Origin: Guillardia theta CCMP2712
Lineage: Eukaryota > Protista > Cryptophyta
Direction: 5' to 3'
Assembly: GCF_000315625.1 (NCBI RefSeq)
Contig: NW_005434640.1
Location: 612,979 to 676,978, forward strand
Length of the DNA: 64,000 nt
Shown: piece by piece, positions 24,999-43,452 of the stretch
Layout: every line of letters starts with the position of its first letter
How positions within the stretch are numbered: the first letter of the stretch is position 1
Position numbers and translations under genes: made by a program
The notes under the pieces: model-generated
The model's database searches: none
The model's input: the letters and a program-made list of their open reading frames with translations, nothing else
Told to the model about the DNA's origin: nothing

Positions 24999-27504
24999 TT
25001 CATTTTTCCTCCTCCTCCTTCATCTCTTCTACCTTCTTTGCTTCCAGTACCCCGCTTGCTTCCATGTCCTCCTGTGTTTTCATCTTCCTTTCAACCAATC
25101 GTGGCCCAACCTGATCAAACATGCAGGAGGAGCTAAACATGCTTCTGTGGGAAGCCTCGATCCTCGGGTGAGGAAGAGGAGAAGGGGGGGGGGAGGGGGG
25201 CAGGAAGGGAAAGGGCGCGATGAGGATCATCAACAAGGTGGAGGGGGGGCAGGAGTAGGATAGCAGTAGGAAGAAGAAATGGAAATGAAGACGAGAAGGA
25301 AGAGAAAGGAACAGATACTCATGGCTTGTGTGTCAGGAATCATTCTTCGATCGAAAGATTGGTGAAAAATGGGGCAGATCTGCGATCAAGGTATGTATAA
25401 CACTGCTCCTCCTTGCTCCTCTCTCCTCCTTCCTTCAGCAAACTGTACTCTGTCTCCCTCCTTCTCCTTCTCCTTCTCCTCCTCCTCCCCCCCCCTCCCT
25501 CCGCTTCCTCCTCTTCGCTCCGTCTGAAGTTGTTTCCTTTGGTTTTCAGCGACTCTCGTCGCGATGGTTGGACTTGCATGCACTTTGCGGCTACAGGCGC
25601 TGATCCCCTCTTGTTCGGCGTTTCCGACCAGGCAAGAGACTGAAAGCAAGAGCAAAAGCAAAGATTTGAACAAAGACGAAGTGAAAGGGGGCTTGAGCAC
25701 GGGGAGGAGGGAGAGAGAGGAAGGAGAGAGAGGAGGGCAAAGGGAGGAAGGGAGGTGCTTTTTTCTTCTCGTCTCTGACTTGATCATCTCAGAATCAGGC
25801 GCGAACAATCCGCAAACTTCATTCCCTGGTGAGGTCAAGCTGGAGTCTGTGCTGGTGACATTGCTGGAGGGGGGAGACGTCAACTCAAAAACTCATGGCG
25901 GGTGGACTCCCTTGCATTCGGTAACTCCCTCCCTCCCCTCCCTCCTCTCCCTCCCCTCCCTCCTCTCCCTCCACTCCCTCCTCTCCCTCCCCTCCCTCCT
26001 CCTCCCTCCCCTCCCTCCTCTCCCTCCCCTCCCTCCTCTATCTCTCTTCCCTCCCCATCCTCACTGTGAGGTCAGGCGGCGGGCAAGGGCTTCTCTCAGA
26101 CGGTCCTTCGCCTCGTCTCTCTTGGGGCTCAGCTGGACTCTGTCGACGAAGAAGGCTTTACACCGCTGCACGAGGCTGCGAGATGGGCGAGGTGAGGAGG
26201 GGAGAGAAAAGAAGAAGGAAGAGAGACAAAGGGAAGAGAGAGGAAGGGGGGAGAGAGCAAGGGAGGAGAGAGGAAGGGAGGAGACAGGAAGGGAGGAGAG
26301 AGGTCGGAGAAGGGCAGAGGAGGAGAGAGGAGGAGGACTGAGTTTGATGGTGTCGATGCTGACTGAAGCTGCAGGAAGGAGACTGTGCAGATGTTGCTCA
26401 CGCTGGGAGCGAATCACAGGTCGGAGTGGGGAGAGGAGGACAGGAAACAGAGGAAGAGGAAGGGGGAAAGTGAGGAGGGGAAGGAGGAGGAGGAGGAGGA
26501 GAATTTTGAGAGATTTGCGAGCGAGCGAGAAGGGGGGAGATGCCAGGGGACGGAAAGTATCTCACGAGAGAACGGGGAGAATAGGAGGGAGAGCGGAGGA
26601 GAGAAGAGGAGAGAGGAGTAGAGAAAGAAAGAGAGAAGGACAAAGTAGACAAGAGGGAACAGCAGAAGGGGGAAGAAAAGAGGAAGGGCAGGAAAGAAGA
26701 GGGCGAGGAGGTGAGGGGAGGAGACAGGAGGAGAGGAGGGAGATGCAGTGTGGCGATGAATTGGTTTTTACGAACAGCGTGAAAGACAAAAACAACATGA
26801 CCCCTCTGGATCACGCGAGGAAAATGAGCGAAACGGTGAAGAAGGAGGGGTGTGAAGGGAGGCGCTAATAGCGGAGGAGATCAGGAGAGGAAAGACGAGG
26901 ATGAGGACAGGGAGGGACAGGGGACAGGGACAGGGAGGGACAGGGGGGAGGGGGAGGGGGAGAAGGACGGGGACGGGGAGGGGGCAGAGGGGAGGGAGGA
27001 GAGTTGGGTGATTGGAAAATGGATGGAAGGAGTGAAGGAGCGAGGAAGAAAGAGAAAGGTTGATGAATTGATTTACGGGTGAGGAGGAGGACGAGGAGGA
27101 GACAGGGGGGAGGGGGGGCGAGGAGGAGGAGGGAGCTAACTTTGATGAATAGATGAATAGATATGGTTCAAACGATACTGTCCATATCCTCCAGTCCATG
27201 TGAGAGAAAGAGGGGAGGAGTCGAGGGAAGCCACATTGGGGAAGAGAATGGCAGAGAGACATCGGAGGGAGGAGGGAAGAGGAGAGGAGAGGAGGGGAGG
27301 GGAGGGGAGGGGAGAGGAGAGGGAGAGGAGGGGAGGGGAGGGGAGGGTCTAGACGGAGACAACTGTGGATATGAGGGATTGCGCAGAGCTCAGGAAGGCT
27401 CAAAGAACGATATGGAGGAAGAAATCAGTAGCGACGAAGTTTCCAACGACGACGAAGAAAACTCTGTGATGATGAAACCTTGCTGCTGCTTCTGCTTCTG
27501 CTTC

Positions 27505-27543
<39 letters not shown>

Positions 27544-27574
27544 CTTCTGCTGCTTCTGCTTCTGCTTCTGCTTC

Positions 27575-27612
<38 letters not shown>

Positions 27613-27927
27613 CTTCTGCTGCTGCTTCTTCTTCTCCTTCTTCTTCTTCTCCTTCTTCTTCTGCTGCTGCTGCTGCTGCCATCCTTGTCTTCTGCTCTCT
27701 TACCACGTCTGTACCAACACATTGACATGTGCTTCAGGATGTTGTACACCTCCTCGATCCCTCAAGGTTTCTGTTCTCTTGCTCTCTCTCGTTCACAGCA
27801 GATTCCTCCTACTTTCCTCTCCCCTCCACTCCCCTCCTCTACTCTCCATTCCTTTCTCTCCTCCATTCCTCCTCCTCTCTCTCTATCGTTCTATCTCTCT
27901 GTCTCTCTCTTCTCTTTATGATTCCTT

Positions 27928-27983
<56 letters not shown>

Positions 27984-29093
27984 CCTGCTCCTGCTCCTGC
28001 TCGTCTTCTCCTCTGGGTTGTAACTCTGCGAAGGTTGCAGCTGATGAATCAAAGAGCCCGAAGGCTGCAGGAACTCGGTCCGAAGGAGCAGATGGTGAAG
28101 GGGCCCGACGGGTTCGTTGCCGACCCGCGAGCAGGCGCTGCGTGAGATTTTGCGTAGGAGATGGTGCAAGCTCGACATGTCGATGCCGAGACAGGAGGAG
28201 AAGGAGAAGGAGAAGGAGAAGAAGAAGAAGAAGAAGGGGGGAAGGAGGAGGGGAGAAGGGGAGGGGAGGGGAGGGAGGGAAAAGCTCCGAAGGAGGAGGA
28301 GGAGGTGGACGTGAAGAAGAGGAGGGTGCTGGATGATGATGACTTTCTGGCGGATCTGGACTTTGGAGAAAAGNNNNNNNNNNNNNNNNNNNNNNNNNNN
28401 NNNNNNNNNNNNNNNNNNNNNNNNNNNNNNNNNNNNNNNNNNNNNNNNNNNNNNNNNNNNNNNNNNNNNNNNNNNNNNNNNNNNNNNNNNNNNNNNNNNN
28501 NNNNNNNNNNNNNNNNNNNNNNNNNNNNNNNNNNNNNNNNNNNNNNNNNNNNNNNNNNNNNNNNNNNNNNNNNNNNNNNNNNNNNNNNNNNNNNNNNNNN
28601 NNNNNNNNNNNNNNNNNNNNNNNNNNNNNNNNNNNNNNNNNNNNNNNNNNNNNNNNNNNNNNNNNNNNNNNNNNNNNNNNNNNNNNNNNNNNNNNNNNNN
28701 NNNNNNNNNNNNNNNNNNNNNNNNNNNNNNNNNNNNNNNNNNNNNNNNNNNNNNNNNNNNNNNNNNNNNNNNNNNNNNNNNNNNNNNNNNNNNNNNNNNN
28801 NNNNNNNNNNNNNNNNNNNNNNNNNNNNNNNNNNNNNNNNNNNNNNNNNNNNNNNNNNNNNNNNNNNNNNNNNNNNNNNNNNNNNNNNNNNNNNNNNNNN
28901 NNNNNNNNNNNNNNNNNNNNNNNNNNNNNNNNNNNNNNNNNNNNNNNNNNNNATTGCCATTTCTCACGCCCGGAATCAGAATGTTGAGTGGCCCTGCTTA
29001 GTAGTCGATTCCTCTCTGTCTCCCCTCCTGATTCCTCAACAGTCATAATCTGGTGCATGATCATAGTCCTCTGAGCGACTCGACTGGTTCTCA

Positions 29094-29183
<90 letters not shown>

Positions 29184-29699
29184 CCTCCTCCTCCTCCTCC
29201 TCCCCTCCCCTTCCTCCTCTTTCGCCCTCCAGTGCTTCGGTTTCTTCATTTCCTTCTCCACTCTCTTCACCCCTCTTCTTTCCTCCACTCATCAGTTTTC
29301 TCCCTGCAGTCTTTACCCCTCTCTCTCTCCATCAGCGTCCCTCTCCTGCTACTTCTACTGTCTCTTCCTCCATCTTCTACTGATTCTTGTTGCTGTGTTC
29401 TCTTCACCCTGACTTCTCTTTCTTTTCAGAGAAAAGCGCAAAAGCAACTAGAGAAAACCATTCCTCGCATGTTTAGAGGAGGCACAATATACGAGGTACT
29501 CCTCCTCTTCCTCCTCCTCCCAACCAGCCCACCTCTTGCTCCTCCCCCGCCTCCTCCTCCCTCGATCTTGCTCCTGTTCTTCCCCTTCTGACTCGTCTCT
29601 CCTCCTCCATTTTCGTCTTTTACCTTCTCCTTTTTGTGTTGCACTTCGTTCCTCTGATCCTGGCACATCGAGCAGGACAGAATTGACCCTGGAGGATAA
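24187..29699 (+). CDS. Ankyrin-repeat protein, many small exons, spanning an assembly gap
   Basis: LLWEASILG|NHSSIERLVKNGADL..DGWTCMHFAA; GGDVNSKTHGGWTPLHS|AAGKG..LGAQLDSVDEEGFTPLHEAA; KDKNNMTPLDHA. The acidic C-terminal exons (27390-29699) can be joined in frame but could be a separate gene. Confidence 0.75.
27481..27680. repeat. (CTG/CTT)n compound trinucleotide repeat
   Basis: Directly visible; likely intronic. Confidence 0.9.
28374..28952. other. Assembly gap (other gaps at 30929-31028, 40342-40441, 61717-61816)
   Basis: Runs of N. Confidence 1.
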
Positions 29700-29717
29700 A
29701 AATCTTTATTTTCCTCA

Positions 29718-29772
<55 letters not shown>

Positions 29773-29786
29773 TTTTAGCGGCTGAT

Positions 29787-33164
<3,378 letters not shown>

Positions 33165-33196
33165 TGAATTCTAATGGGTGGGGGTAATCGTGGGAA

Positions 33197-34355
33197 ATGC
33201 GATTGCCAGCGCCCAGCGTGGTGCGAGGATGGGGAGGAGCCATGCTCATGCGTGAGAAGGTGATGGCGCGAGCTCCTGTCACAGCACATTCTCTCACAGG
33301 CGGAAGAGGAGGAGGGAGGGGAAGAGGACAGGCTTCCTCTCGGTTCTCGCCTGTCCGAGGGATGGGATCCCCTCCTGCCTTCATGGCACTGGCTTGCCTC
33401 TCCATGGCTGCAGCATCGACGGGAGGAGAAGGCAGCATGAACCTTCACGATGCGATGGTGGTGGATCAGGATGGGCATAAGATGCGATTGGAGGACGCAG
33501 CGAAGGGTCGCACGGTCAACTACTCTGCGCATTACCAATGAGAGTGATAGACATACAGGTCGGGCTCTACTTTGCCGGCGAATGGTGTCCCATGTGCAGA
33601 AGTTTCACACCGAAACTCAAGGAGTTCTTCAATGAGAAGGCGCAGGACAAGCAGACGGGGAACCAAAGAGCCACCATAGTCTTTGTGAGGTAAGGGACGA
33701 GAATGCGATGTGGAGGGTAGGAAAAGCTTCCAGGCTCTGAAGATAATGACGTCAGCTCGGACTTCTCCAAGGAGGCGGCAGACTCTCACTTCAGGAATCA
33801 AGGGAACTGGCTCTACCTCGGTAGGCGACTGTTGCTCTCTCACCTCCATCTCACCCGAGTCTTGTCAGATTACGACTCGCCCCTACGTCAGCAGCTCAAG
33901 CAGAAGTTCAGGATATGGGGAGGGATGGAGTCTTCTTCGCTCGGATTCGACAGGAGGAGGTGACTTGTTTCTCTGCGCTCTATTCTTTACTCTCATGCTA
34001 GTGGAATCCCCGGCATGGTTGTGATTGGGAGAGACGGCAACGAGATCACATACATGAATACTGAGAGCAAAGGCGTCAAGGCTTTGGAGGTAAGAAAACC
34101 CTATACCCCCTCGAGCTCTTTCCATTTTACATCTCCAGCCTTTGATCTTCTCTCTTTCTCTCTCCATGATATCTCTAATGGTTCCTACAATTCACCTCCC
34201 ATCTCATTCTCTCGCTCCTACCTCCTTGTATTCTCGCATGCCTGTGTCACGCTATCCCATTTAGCCTCTCTGCTAATTTTCCTGTCTTCTCTGTCGTGCT
34301 CTGGTCTTACTGTCTCGCCTTGCAGGCATGGAATCTCGATTCAAATGCATGGTGA
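33197..34355 (+). CDS. Nucleoredoxin/tryparedoxin-like thioredoxin-family protein with N-terminal extension
   Basis: VGLYFAGEWCPMCRSFTPKL..IVFVS|SD..WLYL|DYDSPLRQQLKQKF..GIPGMVVIGRDG. Confidence 0.85.
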
Positions 34356-34412
34356 ACAAGCGAAATTCGATCGTTCTGCTTTCTTGGTCTACAATAAACT
34401 TCTTCGCTCTAG

Positions 34413-35438
34413 TCAGGCGGGCAAGGGAGTCAAGTCCGCATCAGCTTTCCCGTTGCCTTTGGAACTCATCAGGTCATGACCCTCGCGCTCCTCTGCCTCA
34501 CCGTGCTTCTCGATGCTTCTCTTCATGCTCACGATAACTTCCTGCGGGTTCTTCGCCTTGAACACTGAGCTTCCAGCTACAATCCAGTTGGCTCCTGCCT
34601 TGGCACACTCGTCGATATTGTTAGGGCCGATGCCCCCGTCCACCTCTACGTCGAGGTTTGGAAACTTCTCTCTGCCAACGTCTGGTCAGGAGCGGGAGAG
34701 CAAAAGCAGGAGGAGCTGGATGAGCAGGAGGAGGAGGTACCTGAGCTCCTCCACCTTGGGCATCATGTCTGCCATGAACGCTTGTCCTCCTGGACGAAAA
34801 TTCAACCACTCCTCCTCCCCTTGACGTCTTGTTACCAAATCCCGGCTCGACTGTCATAACTAGCACCAGATCCAGGTCATCAACAAACGGGAAGACGGTA
34901 GACACCGCGGTCTTTGGTTTGACTGCAATCCCGCACTTCATATTTGCTGCTTTGATGGCTTGGATGAGGCTTCTTGTCTCCTGCTCATCTTTCATAACTT
35001 CGATATGAAACGTGAACATGTTGGCTCCTGCTTCTGCCATGTCCTGCAACAGCTCGTTAGGTCAACTCTAGTCTCGCCCTTTCGAGTTGCTTTTCACCTT
35101 CACCCACTTTGCAGGCTCGGACACCATGAGATGGACATCAAAAAACGCTTTTGAATGCTGCAAGCTGAATCAGCGACGGCTCCCACAGGCCAGCCATGGC
35201 GTTTCACCGGCTTGAGGCACTTGATCACGGGGGCTCCCCAAGACAAGTTGGGAACAAAGTGGCCATCCATGACATCCAAATGCACCTGATTGCTCGGGTC
35301 ACAGCGGTCATCATCAGATTCTTGATTCACATAATCCTCCGAGGTTGGAGCTACTCTGTTGGCCTCGTCGGCCAACTTTGCGAGGTCGCATGCTAGCAAG
35401 GATGGGAGGATAGCAGGAGAGCGAGTGTGAAACGACAT
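34413..35438 (-). CDS. RPE: Ribulose-phosphate 3-epimerase (cytosolic type, no leader)
   Basis: [50 protein letters not shown]|[17 protein letters not shown]. Confidence 0.95.
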
Positions 35439-36517
35439 CTGATAACAACAAGCAGTCAATTCAACATGCGCGATCAAAGTTTTCTGGATCAAAACATCTG
35501 CAGTACCGAGCGGACCAATGAACAACTTAACGGAAGCTTGAACAAGCAGCTTTCAAGCTAGATTTTTTTGGGAGCATGTCTATTAGCTATGGATATGTAG
35601 TCTCCGGCATAACCATGTTACAAGTACCTCTTGCTCTCCAACCCCCTCCGCCCCCACTCCCCACCTCTCATCGCAACTTCCCCCCCTTCATCAGCCTCAG
35701 CTTTTGCGCCATTTTCATTTGCACGTGAAGAGCGTGAGGGATGGCCCGCTGCAGGTCGGTAGCCGAAATGCAGCCGCCACCAGGCAACACCGGGCCTTTG
35801 AGCTAGTTTGCTGTCCCGACGGCCGACGGTCCGATAGCCGGGTAGGCCCGCCATTCTCCTTCGGAGTTTTCTGTAGCTCTATTTTCCGATTTCTCGAATT
35901 GATCCCCAATTTTTGCTGAAGTCTCAGGAAATAATTTTTGTATATTCGAAGTTGCCAGATATTCCCTTTGAATTATTGTTTGATAACTAGGGACCCCCTC
36001 CGGTTTTTAATTGCACCTGGGGTCGAATGGATCGCGCGGGAATTTTTCGTGACCAGAGGGAATGAAGCGACAAGAAGGGACTCAAGGAAGAGGAGGAAGC
36101 GGGAGGGAGGGAGGGAGAGGAGAGCAAGAGGAAGCAGGCTCCAGAAGGAAGGGGATGAGGAACGGGCAGGAGGGGAAGGGCAAGGAATGTGTTGGGAAGC
36201 GATGGGGAGCGAGCAGGGACGAGGAGCAAGGGATGAAGGGGGGGAGAAGGAGCATAACGGGGGGGGATCCTGGTCGACATCGGGACATTCAGACTTAAAG
36301 TGTTTTATGAGGAATTTGAGCAAGAAGAGCGAAACAGAAGTCGAAGTGGGAAAGACTGCCTTGACCAGACAAGGGAGAACTGAATGCAGGAGAAGTTAAG
36401 TAGAGATATGCGATGAGAAAGAAGTAACTCAGTGACGTTCAAAATTATTTTGATTCAGACTTCTGCGGAAGAGTCTATCAGACTGAGATGTGTACAGGCA
36501 TTATCATTCAGCTCCCA

Positions 36518-37860
36518 ATGGCCACTTCTCAAGAATGGCTGACGTCAACTCTGATGATTCTGTCGATCCTCGTTGCTCTCTGCTCCACCAACATTCACGC
36601 AGAAATCAACGCAGGTCATGGCCGTGTGCTCCTCTCCTCAGAGAACACGACAAACACCACGACAAACGAAACGACAGCCGCTGCAACAAACGCCGCGAAT
36701 GAAACCACCTCCACGACCCCGACGGTGACTACTAGTACTACAGCAGCACCAACCACCTCGACTACTAGTGCCCCTACTACCACCTCTTCTACGACAGCTG
36801 CTCCAACAACCGTAATCACCACCACCACCACCACCACCCCTGCAGCGCAACCTGGTGGAAACACTCAGGGTACTACCACTACAACAACGCCTACAGCTTC
36901 ATCCTCGACTTTCGACGTCGGCGTTGCGACCAACGGGTCGTATACTGTTTCCCTAACCTCGCCAAGCGATGGTGCATCATTTTTGCTTTCTTCCGCAGCG
37001 AAAGAACAATTGGGTCTCAAGGCAACTCAGTTGTGCGGCGTTGTCTTTCCAAAGGGTGCATGGCCGTCCTCTCTTTCAGGTACCCAAGTGCAGATCGCTT
37101 TAGTGCTCAAAACCGGTGAGATTGTGTCTTCCAATGCTTTGGATGGAAACAAGGTAAGTTTACCATGGGAGAACCGGAAGATTCAATCATCTATGTTGTA
37201 GGTGAGTGGACCAATCCTGAGCTTTCGCACATCGAATACAACGTGAAGTGAGCTACGATCAAACTTCTCCTGGCTGATTTCCTTTCGATCTCCCAGCACC
37301 ACTTTTCTTGCGCCAGTGTTGCTCTATATTCCGGTGGACATTGCTCAGATCAATCCAGACTACGATTATTTTGTTTACGTCTATAACAACGTGTCAAAGA
37401 AATGGGACCAGTGCGTTGAAGTTCTGTTGTGTCACACAATGGCTAACGATAGGAATGAGCAGGAAAGAAACTGATGCGAAGAATTTGTCATTAGGATTCG
37501 TAAATCATCTGTTGTTTGCAGGTTGTCACATGACTTCCTTTTTCAGGTACAAGGATCGACTTCGTCCTTTTCTCTGTACACGGTGCTTGCCATGCTGACG
37601 TGTTTCGCAAGGCTCACACAGACACATCGCAGGTGATGCAGGTGTCAAAACCCGCCAAGTGCGGAACTGGATGCATCATCGGAGCTGTCGTTGGTTCTGT
37701 CGTCGGAGCTCTGTTGCTGGTGGTGGGAACAGTCTTCACATACAAGCAAGTCGCCATGTCGCATCGTTCCTCTCTGACATGGATGTTCAGGAAATGTCAA
37801 GAAGGCGACCCGGATCTTGGCACTGGCCGCAGCGAAGCGAGCCATGGCGGGAGTGTGTGA
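36518..37860 (+). CDS. Type I membrane glycoprotein with Thr-rich mucin-like stalk
   Basis: Signal peptide (LMILSILVALCSTNIHA), NxT sites, long Thr/Ala/Pro tract, globular exons, TM IIGAVVGSVVGALLLVVGTVF. Confidence 0.75.
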
Positions 37861-38001
37861 GTCGACTGATGGAGAAGGCGTGTTCGGGGAATGTGAAATA
37901 GTTACAAGAACGAAGAAAAGTTGCTTATGCTGTGACAATACTTTTGTTTCATCTACATTATCCTCACTATCGGCAACTCCCACAAGTGCATGCAACCTCG
38001 A

Positions 38002-39652
38002 TTATGTTCCAAATATGATGAGGAGGACCATTGAGATGAGGAGGACCAGGAAGATCTTGGCCATGAGCCCTCCTGCCATGCCGTCAGTTAAAGTCGCTTC
38101 GGGCGTTCGGATGCAGAAAACGAAGCAACGAGGCAGAGCAACGTACTGTTTGATGTCAGGGTCTGGTAGTACTTCATGAGTTGAGTGTGTCCCTGATCCA
38201 CTGACAAGGCAGGTCAGAGGAAGAGCAGCGGGGGGCTGAGGGCTGACCGTGGTGAAGAGCCTCGTCCATGTTGGTGTCGATCCTCTCGATCTGCTCCTGC
38301 TGGAGCGAGACCATCTCTCCCAGCTTTGAGAACACAGACGCCAGCTGTTCCCCAGCAGCCGTCAGACCGTTTCTTGCTCCTCAACTTCTTTACCTCATTG
38401 ATAGACTTCTCAATGTCTTGCACGGAGAGCGCGCGAGATTCCGCGTACTCCTGCTCAACGTCAGCTGGCACCTCAGCACAACGTCGGGCTCTGCCTGTGT
38501 CAGATCCTGCATCGGCATGCCCAGCTCGATGACAACCTCCCCTCCGTTAGCGTGCGAGTCTGTGTGCTCGCCCTCCCTGTTGCCGCGTCACAGGCCTTCA
38601 CAGCAACCCGGACCAACCTGAGGAAGGACGGCTGCGATGAAACCGCGAAAGACTGACGCGCGAGTCAGATCGCAAGTTCTCTTTCCTCTCTCCTCTGTCC
38701 CCCGTTATCTTTTCCCCTGATCCAACTTTCCTCGACCACTCTCCCGCTCCCCCCTCCTTTCCCTCCTTGACCTTCGCAGACGAGTACTCATTCCGTCGGT
38801 CTTGCTGTCTTTGCAAATTTTCCGATCTCATCTGCTCTGCTTCAGGGCCTGAATCCCACACTTCCTCTGCTCTCGACCTGCAGCACAGCCGCAAACTTCT
38901 CTGCTGTGGTCTTGAGATTGGACTGTGAAGGGCTCAGAACGCGCGACAGCTGGCAGTAGACTGTGATGCCTGCAAGCACTTCTTGACGGAGCCTGCATGC
39001 TCGTTGCTGGACATGACGCGAGTCAGCGAGGAGCAACAGGAGGGATGGGAAAGCGAACCTTTGAGCATTGGGAGGGTTTTCTATGCTATGTATGTTTGAT
39101 AGCTCCTCGAGGTCCTCGTTGAGACGCTGAATGTCCTGCACATGCCCGGGCCGTCAAGGTCGGAAGGAGAGCGACAGGGCAAGGAGAACCTGAGTGATGA
39201 TGTAGGAAAGCTCAGAGATCTCCGTCGCTGGATCATCGAACAACGACTTGCTCTTCGCCACTGACGACAAGGTCAGCAAGAGACGCCTCGCTCCTCGGCT
39301 CACGTTTCGTCAGCTTCGCTAGCTTCTCGGCAGTTCGGTGAATATCCTGGACATCAACAACATCAGGGCCGTCACTATCTCACTTCATCGCACCTTTCCA
39401 ATTTGTGCTGCTTTCTGTGAGAAACGCTTCCTGTGGCTTAGCGCAGAATTCTCCTGCGCTCACGCTCTCAGCAACAGCAGCTGCACGGTACACGAGAATG
39501 AACCGAAGGTCGAACGGACGAGATGCCCTGCAACGACAACTAAAGTAAGACCCGAGCATGTCTCAAGCTCTGCTGCTCACCAGCCTTTCTCGCTCCGTTT
39601 GGCATGTGAGGAAAAATTCCCTGGACCGGTCCCTGACGCTTCCCTCGCTCAT
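38002..39652 (-). CDS. STX5: Syntaxin-5/Sed5 (Golgi Qa-SNARE)
   Basis: N-peptide RDRSREF; KLAKLTK|LAKSKSLFDD; SRALSVQDIEKSINE|LASVFSKLGEMV..QIERID; QLMKYY; C-terminal TM KIFLVLLISMVLLIIF. Confidence 0.9.
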
Positions 39653-40985
39653 CCTGGGACCGTCATTACCAGCGGAGAGGGGAGCGAACAGTTCACAATT
39701 TGATCCGTCAAGCTAACAATGCACTGTTTTCACTCATTGCTACTTGACCTTCTTGTTGTTTCCACACCTTCTCTGTCTCCTTCTCCTCTCCATCCTTCCT
39801 CTCCTCTCCAACCCTTCCCGCCGTCTTCCCCCACCCACTCACCCACCTGGTCCATATTAATTTTGCCTTTCCCTGCTCCCTGCTTTCCCTGCTCCCCACT
39901 CTCCCCTGATCCTGATTCTTTCACTCGCCTCCTCTCATCTTCCTCTCACTCCTCCTCCTCCTCCTCCTCCTCCTCCTCCTCCTCCTCCTCCTCCTCCTCC
40001 TCCTCCTCTCCTCTCCTCGCCGTTGCCCCTCGCTTCCCTTCCATGAGGCTTCGTGGCATCATTCCTACTACCCTACCTCGTCTTCGCGATCCTGACCACT
40101 ACCCCACCGGTCACAATATAGTGAATTTACCCCCCTTTGCACTGGATATGAATCTTCTCACCCCCACCCCCAGTGATCCCCTCCATCAAGCTGAAGGTGG
40201 AACCTTGTAGATGAAATGCAAGGAATAGGATGACGACAAGAAGGTGATGGAGGTCAAGAGGAGGGGAGGAGGGGAGGAGGGGAGAAAGAAGGAGAAGGAG
40301 AAGGGAGGAAGGGAGAGGAGGAGGGGGGAAAGAAAAAGAGGNNNNNNNNNNNNNNNNNNNNNNNNNNNNNNNNNNNNNNNNNNNNNNNNNNNNNNNNNNN
40401 NNNNNNNNNNNNNNNNNNNNNNNNNNNNNNNNNNNNNNNNNTGGTTGGAGGGTCTTGAGTGCTTCGGTCACGGTGCGAACCCTCGTCCTAGTTAACAGTA
40501 TTGCAGGGGCACATTGTTAGGCAGGAGAAGGGCGGAGAATTTGGCGTGAGGCCGTCGCACACGCTCATCTTACAATCCCCCTGTTTCTCCCACCAAACCT
40601 TATTCACGGGACCAACCAGAACCTTACTCCACACCGACGCGTCGACTCCTGGAGACCCCCCCCGTCCTCACGCACCTTAGCCTTTAACTCCCCGACACTC
40701 CCACCCTGTCCGAAAAGAATCCTCAGCAGCCTCATCACGGCACCTCCTCCCTGGGGGGGGAAGAAGAAGAGGGGAAGGGAGGGGGGGAGGAGGAGAGGGG
40801 TGCAGGTGCTAAACGTGAAAGCCCATGCCACATTGACCCTTCTGACTAGAGCCCTGGTCTTACGCTGTTCCCGCGGAAGGTCGGAGCTCCGGTCGTCTAA
40901 CCTCCTCTCGCTGTGTCTCCTCCTCTCCCTCAAGGATAGCTTCCTTCGCCCCCTGCGAGGAGGAGGAGGCGAAGAGATCAGGCCG

Positions 40986-42125
<1,140 letters not shown>

Positions 42126-42265
42126 GGAGGAGCTGAGGAAAGAGCAGGGGGGAAGCTAAGAGGGTTGACGGCAAATGAACGAGAGCAGAAGCAAACCCTT
42201 TAAACTGCGTTATGCTCAAGATTAGATAAGAAGCCTGAGTACGAGGAATGGGGTAAGGGTGAGAG

Positions 42266-42304
<39 letters not shown>

Positions 42305-42340
42305 GAGGAGGAGGAGGAGGAGGAGGAGGAGGAGGAGGAG

Positions 42341-43452
42341 TTAAATCAAGCCTTTCTCAGTCAACCAGGATGTGACGGCTGCCATGGTCTCAGAAGAGAC
42401 TGAGAGTAGGGGCGGACGGCACGCACAGGACTTCTTGTTGCTGGAACCACCAGCTGGATCAGAGCTGGCAGTGGAATGGGGAAAACACCTCCTCATTCTC
42501 AGCACCACTGCAGCCTTGGTACAAGGGATCTCTCCTTCATCCCGGGAGGACACGAACTGATGCCAGCTCTGGATCTAAGGGAAACGTCAGAAACGTCACC
42601 TAGTCCGGGCCTCAGTTACCAGCTCTCGACTCTCATCTTCCCCAGATGACTCGACGTCTTCTTGTCCTCCTTCTGTACAGCATCACATGCTCCGGTACTC
42701 GCTTCAGCACATCCTCCTCCTCACCTCTGTATCGTTTGCTAATGTCAATGAGGCTCTCAGGTAGCACGTTGCATGCTCCTGTCACGCTCCCGCTCAAGCC
42801 GCTCCTCAACACCTTGTCTGCGATGTTGTCGTTGCCAACGTACACCTGCAGGCCTGGAGCTGCTTCCTTGAACGAAGTTGCAGTCTCGAGCGATCCGGAG
42901 CTGTCCTTGATGCCGATGATGCGATCAGGATACTTTCCCACCAACGTCTTGAGCATGGCGGGAGTGATGCTGTTTCCAGTGTGGCGAGGAAAGTTGTAGA
43001 GGTAGCAGGGGAGAGGACAGCTGTCGAGGACGGCGCAGAGAAATCTCTCGATGCCTGCAGCACTAGCAGAGGCATAGTAGAAGGGAGGGAGGAGCAGCAC
43101 AGCATCGCACCCTACCTCCTCTGCATGCCTGCACAGTTCGATGCAATCTTGCTGGGCGCATGCGCTGACATGGGCGATGACGTACGCTGACTGCATTTCC
43201 TTCCTCACCAGCGCCATCATCTCCTTCCTCTCCTGCATCTGCATGGAGCAAAACTCTCCTGTCGTCCCTCCACAGATGACGTTCTGCACTCCCTGCATCC
43301 CATCAAGGCTAGTCAGACACCAGCATGGCGGGCCAGCCAGCAGTCACCTTGGATGCGAGAAAGTTCATCATCCTCTTCATCTCCTCCTCGTCCACCTTCT
43401 CCCCCTCCTCCTCCATCATCGTCAAGAGCGCAAAAACTGGCCCCGCCGCCAT
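42341..43452 (-). CDS. DapA/NAL-family class I aldolase (DHDPS-like)
   Basis: GGTTGEF, VLLLPPFYY, YLYNFP, IIGIKDSSG (Schiff-base Lys), VYVGND. Confidence 0.88.

Noticed and set aside
27891-29292. Long ORFs spanning N runs
   Set aside because: Artefacts of assembly gaps.
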